Assembly: GCF_009914755.1 (NCBI RefSeq)
Contig: NC_060925.1
DNA: 64,000 nt
Source: the human T2T-CHM13v2.0 reference genome, Homo sapiens
Reading direction: 5' to 3' (one strand)
Of this stretch, positions 58,120-64,000 are shown in pieces. The notes beneath the pieces were generated by a model. It had not been told where the DNA came from. It searched no databases and worked only from the letters and a program-made list of their open reading frames with translations. Positions within the stretch are counted from its first letter, which is position 1; every line of letters begins with the position of its first letter. The position numbers were made by a program, and so were the translations under genes.

Positions 58120-58360
58120 TAACAACAGCTAGTATTTATTGAGTGCTTAGGATATGTTGGGCACTCACTGTACTAAGTGCTTTGTATGCATGACTCATTT
58201 GAATCTTACAATAACCAGTTGAGGAATCTATTATTGACCCCTGTTTATCATAGGTGAGAAAGCTACAGACCAGAGCAGGTAATCATTTGTCCCAAGTCAA
58301 AGAGCCAGTAGTGATGAAGAACAGGAACAAATACTGTGCCTGACTCCAGAACTCTCACTA
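58120..58360 (-). mobile_element. MIR
   Basis: TATTTATTGAGTGCTTA..GTACTAAGTGCTTT..TTTGTCCCAAGTCA. Confidence 0.75.
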
Positions 58361-59062
58361 CAATGGTATGCCGCCTCCACTGTAATTATGACTCCTGTGA
58401 GAAATTCTACTTGCTTGACTTATAAAGTATTTATAATATACACTGGCTTAGCTTTCTTTAACATGCATTAGCTGCATGCAAAACTGTCTGAATCATTAAA
58501 AGAAAAGCGTTGCTAAGTTACTCAGAAACCAAAGAGAGCCAAATCAGGCTGATATGTGAGTATCTCTGTGGGTACACGAAGACTTTCCAGAGGGTACGTG
58601 GGCACAAATAGTTTTAAGGAAATGCATTTCAAAATCTTTTTCTAAAATTGATCCACCTGAGAAAATATAAACCTCCACTTCACCCAAAGCCTATGTACCA
58701 GGTCCCTGAAATTCCCTCCCCAATTCATCCCGTTAAGAGATGCATTTCAACCAAAAGATTTTTGTGTTTAAAACTCATCTATCAAATGTATCAAATAGGT
58801 TGTAATATATATATGGTGTTTTGATCAATTTCCAGTGCTACCTCAATACAGAGGAAAAATGTTAACATTTAGAACCTTATAGGATATTTGAAAAGAAATT
58901 TCAATTTATATACCTAGTTTTGTAGCAGAGAATTACGTGGTAGTTAATAAGGGCTTTCAAGCATAAGGATGAATTTCATCAAGGTAAAATTCTATGAGGG
59001 AAAGAGAATGGAAATACAGTTCCAAGGAAAAAAAGGAACAATGCTATGGAAGAGTCGTGTAA

Positions 59063-59423
<361 letters not shown>

Positions 59424-59474
59424 TGATAAGTGCAAAATCCCATGATATTCATATTCCTCTGGACACATTTAAAT

Positions 59475-59587
59475 CAGTTTCTTAGCCTCAGCACTGTTGA
59501 CATTTGGGGCTGGATAATTTGTGTTATAGTTTGCTGTCTAGTGCATTATAGGATCTTGACCAGTATCCTTGATCTCTGCACGCAGAT

Positions 59588-59623
<36 letters not shown>

Positions 59624-59686
59624 CTGTGACCACAAGACTTTGCCTAATGTCTCCTGGGGAGCAAAATCACTCCTGGTTGAGAATCC
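59475..59686 (+). mobile_element. MER20 (hAT-Charlie) with internal (CA)n
   Basis: CAGCACTGTTGACATTTGGGGCTGGATAATT..GCAAAATCACTCCTGGTTGAGAA; (CA)n 59591-59622. Confidence 0.88.
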
Positions 59687-59787
59687 TTAAACAAAAGATA
59701 TTAAAGATTTATTATCGATTTTCAAAATCTGATATTTAAATTTATGAAAAATGTTAAATGTACACTAAAACTTGTGCAAAAGAGTAC

Positions 59788-60082
<295 letters not shown>

Positions 60083-60859
60083 TAATCTTTAAAATTATCT
60101 CTAGAAGTGTATATGGGAAAAAACATTCCAAGACCATGGAATTAAATAGGAATAGTTGGTGACAAATATGGTGTGGGCAGAAGAAACCTCCACTGAAGCT
60201 GGGACCTCAGCTGAGACTTGCACTTTTCAGTCTCAACTGCTAGGATGATTCAGGTCCACAGAAGTCAAACAAAGCAGCCAAGCCATCATAAAAGGCAGTG
60301 TCAGTGTGATACTTGAACGTGTGACTCTGAATAATCACCAGAAAGAACAATGAGTAGGTGTTATTCCTCAGTAATTTTAAAAGCCCCACCTTTGGAAGAA
60401 AAAGCATAAACTGGGACAGGCCAAACTGAGGAGAACCTGAGAAACTCCCTAAAAACATTAAAGGTCACAGATCACATCTTCCTACTCTTGAATTTGTTGT
60501 AGTCCTGTGTAGCATTTATCCATGCTTAAAAGTGAACTTACAGTTGTGTTTAATTTTAATTATCTCTCTTGATACTAACAAGAGTCTGGAGAGGGGTAGA
60601 ATCACAAGGACCTTAGTTTTTCACGGGCAAAACTGTCCAGGCCTGTTCTACCCCCAGCTGCATACCAGAAGCTAGGCTGGAGGAGAAACCAAACCTCCTT
60701 ATCAGACTGTAACAGGTAAACTACAGTCCCTAAAAATCAGCAGTAATCATTCTCTCATATTAATTACACTGTCACTTAGATATATCAATTGTACAATATC
60801 AGATATTTGCCAAAATGACCCTGAAATGTCAACTAAAATATCAAAGCGTAAGTCACAAC

Positions 60860-61168
60860 CTTTTCTTTTTTTATTTTATTTTATTTTAGAGACAGGGTCT
60901 TGCTCTGTCACCTAGGCTGGAGTGCATGGTGCAATTATAGCTCCCTGCAACCTCGAATTCATGGGCTCAAGCAATCCTCCCATCTCACCCTCCCAAGTAG
61001 CTAGAACTATAGGCGTGTGCCAACATGCCTGGCTAATTTAATTTTTATTTTTTGTAGAGATGGAATCTTGCTATGTTGCCCAAGGAACATAGCTCCTGGC
61101 TTCAAGTGATCCTCCTGCTTCAGCCTCCCAAAGCCTTGGGATTACAGGGATGAGCCACTGCACCCAGC
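60860..61168 (-). mobile_element. AluJo-like
   Basis: full Alu; TSD approx CACA(A/G)(C/T)CTTT. Confidence 0.88.
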
Positions 61169-61335
61169 CCACAGTCTTTCTACCGGGAATCTTAAATGAC
61201 TTTTAGTAACTCAAGCAAAGTGGGAAAAAAGTTCATAATATCAAAATTAGGAAATACATATAGGCTAAACTGAGAAGAAAAAATCACCCATAATCTCACC
61301 ACCAATAAGCTCTATAGATGATCCTTTTTAATTTA

Positions 61336-61863
<528 letters not shown>

Positions 61864-62553
61864 TCAAAAACAAAAGCAGGCAACGGTTGTTTTAAGCATG
61901 CCAAATATTCGTTTTTGGCTCAGCTGCCAGTGTGAAGACAGTTTCATACATTTGATCCTAGTTAAGACAGATTAGCTAGCCAAGTGTGCATTTGATATCT
62001 GAATGTTTAAAAGAAAAAAAAAGTCAGGATACTCCATCCTTGGATGTTCTAAAGAATCTTTTTCTGGAAAGTGCTTTCTGGGCTCCAACATGCTGGAGCT
62101 TAGTCCCCTGCATTAGTGAATACAAGGCAATCCTGGCCCGAGAATTCCCCGTCTAGCCAGGGGATTGGCAACACACAAACAAAGGCTTAAAGAGAAGAAG
62201 CAGCATACTAATGAGTGCAGTGTCCGACACTGCGGGCCAGATACTCAAATGCCCAACACACTGAACAAAAGAACCGTCATGGTGAGAAGAGACAGGAAGC
62301 ATTCATGCAGTCAGCCAACACATACTTGGTGGGCGCCTGAGTGGTAGGCAGCGTTCTAGGCTCTGGGGATACAGGAGCGGTTCAGACAAAGCAGCCTGGG
62401 GTGGTGGAAGAGCCATCAAATGCAGCCAGGCTTATGGGAACATAAATTCTAGTGTACCTCTCACCAGCCAACAAGGCAAATTATGGAATCCCTGAGCCTC
62501 AGTTTCCTCCATTTATGATGGAAATATCTAGTCCATTGTATGAAATTAGCTAA

Positions 62554-62856
<303 letters not shown>

Positions 62857-63195
62857 TAGGTAATGTGTTTAAAGTACACGATACATTACTATGTAGGGAG
62901 CTCAACAAATGTTATTCATGGTAACATGAGTAGTAATGATACACTACTCTGTATGGAGCTCAACAACTGTTCTTCATGGAAGCTAATTTTGACTGAGATT
63001 TTTACTATGTTCTGAGGACTGTGCTAGTCATATCACATATATTATCTCATTTAATCCTCACAATTTAGCATAATAATTTATGGATGATGAAATTAATCAT
63101 AGTAACTCTGTCCAAGGACATAAAATTATCAAGGTAAGAGTCAATATTCAAATCCTAGTAGTTATCTCTAGAGCTTATGATTGTAAAGATTCAAA

Positions 63196-63490
<295 letters not shown>

Positions 63491-64000
63491 TTATACCACC
63501 TCCCTCATCTTCCCCCATGGTCTCAATCCCACCCCAACTCTCCACCTTCCTTTCCTTTTCTTTGAAGGCAATTTTTAGTCCTTGTTCTAAACGAGAGGAA
63601 GGAAGCAAAAAGAGAGGACTCTGAAGTGTGCTGAGGCCTTTGCAGACCTACCACAGGATTCCTTGATCTCCACTTGCTATTTGTATCCTTCCTTTCATCT
63701 TTCATCTGTTGCTTCCAAGCAGGTCTCCAAATTCTAATTCCTCCAACTCATTTCTTATTTAAATTTCTTAACTTGCAGAACTAGAGTTCCTTGAGTGAAC
63801 CAGTCATTTCATTAATAATTCAATGAATCCCTGCTGCTTCTAACCATGAAGTTCAAGATAGAGTGCTCATGTTAGAAGCATCTAAATTGCAAGTCAACAC
63901 CTATAATTCTTTTATTAAGAATTTGGGTGCATATTCAGTTGGAATCCCTGCTTGTTCTGTACACAGTATCTTAATAACTGCGTACCGTGCATGTCTCTCT

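Overview
This is primate (human-like) non-coding genomic DNA. No credible protein-coding exon, RNA gene or CRISPR array was found, and the ORF track is explained by Alu, LTR, L2 and simple-repeat reading frames. A large share of the window is interspersed repeat: about 45 Alu/FLAM pieces (many with readable target-site duplications), MaLR LTRs (MLT1, THE1, MST), a MER21 LTR, old L1/L2/MIR fragments and hAT/Tigger MITEs. Subfamily names are recalled by eye and need RepeatMasker confirmation. Non-repeat structure comprises (i) a CpG-rich promoter-like island at ~43.1-43.8 kb bracketed by two outward-facing splice-donor motifs and (ii) several repeat-free blocks with homeodomain/POU/TCF motifs that look like developmental enhancers. 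The most unusual observations are rearrangement scars: a ~150-bp templated insertion copied from 3.15 kb away into an Alu, with iterated microhomology junctions; an old ~200-bp local duplication whose two copies were each hit independently by an Alu at nearly the same spot; a probable retroposed MST-LTR 3' end carrying a 48-bp perfect AT-rich palindrome; and long polypurine tracts grown from tandem Alu tails. I cannot identify the locus, and I see no evidence for a new multi-gene system.
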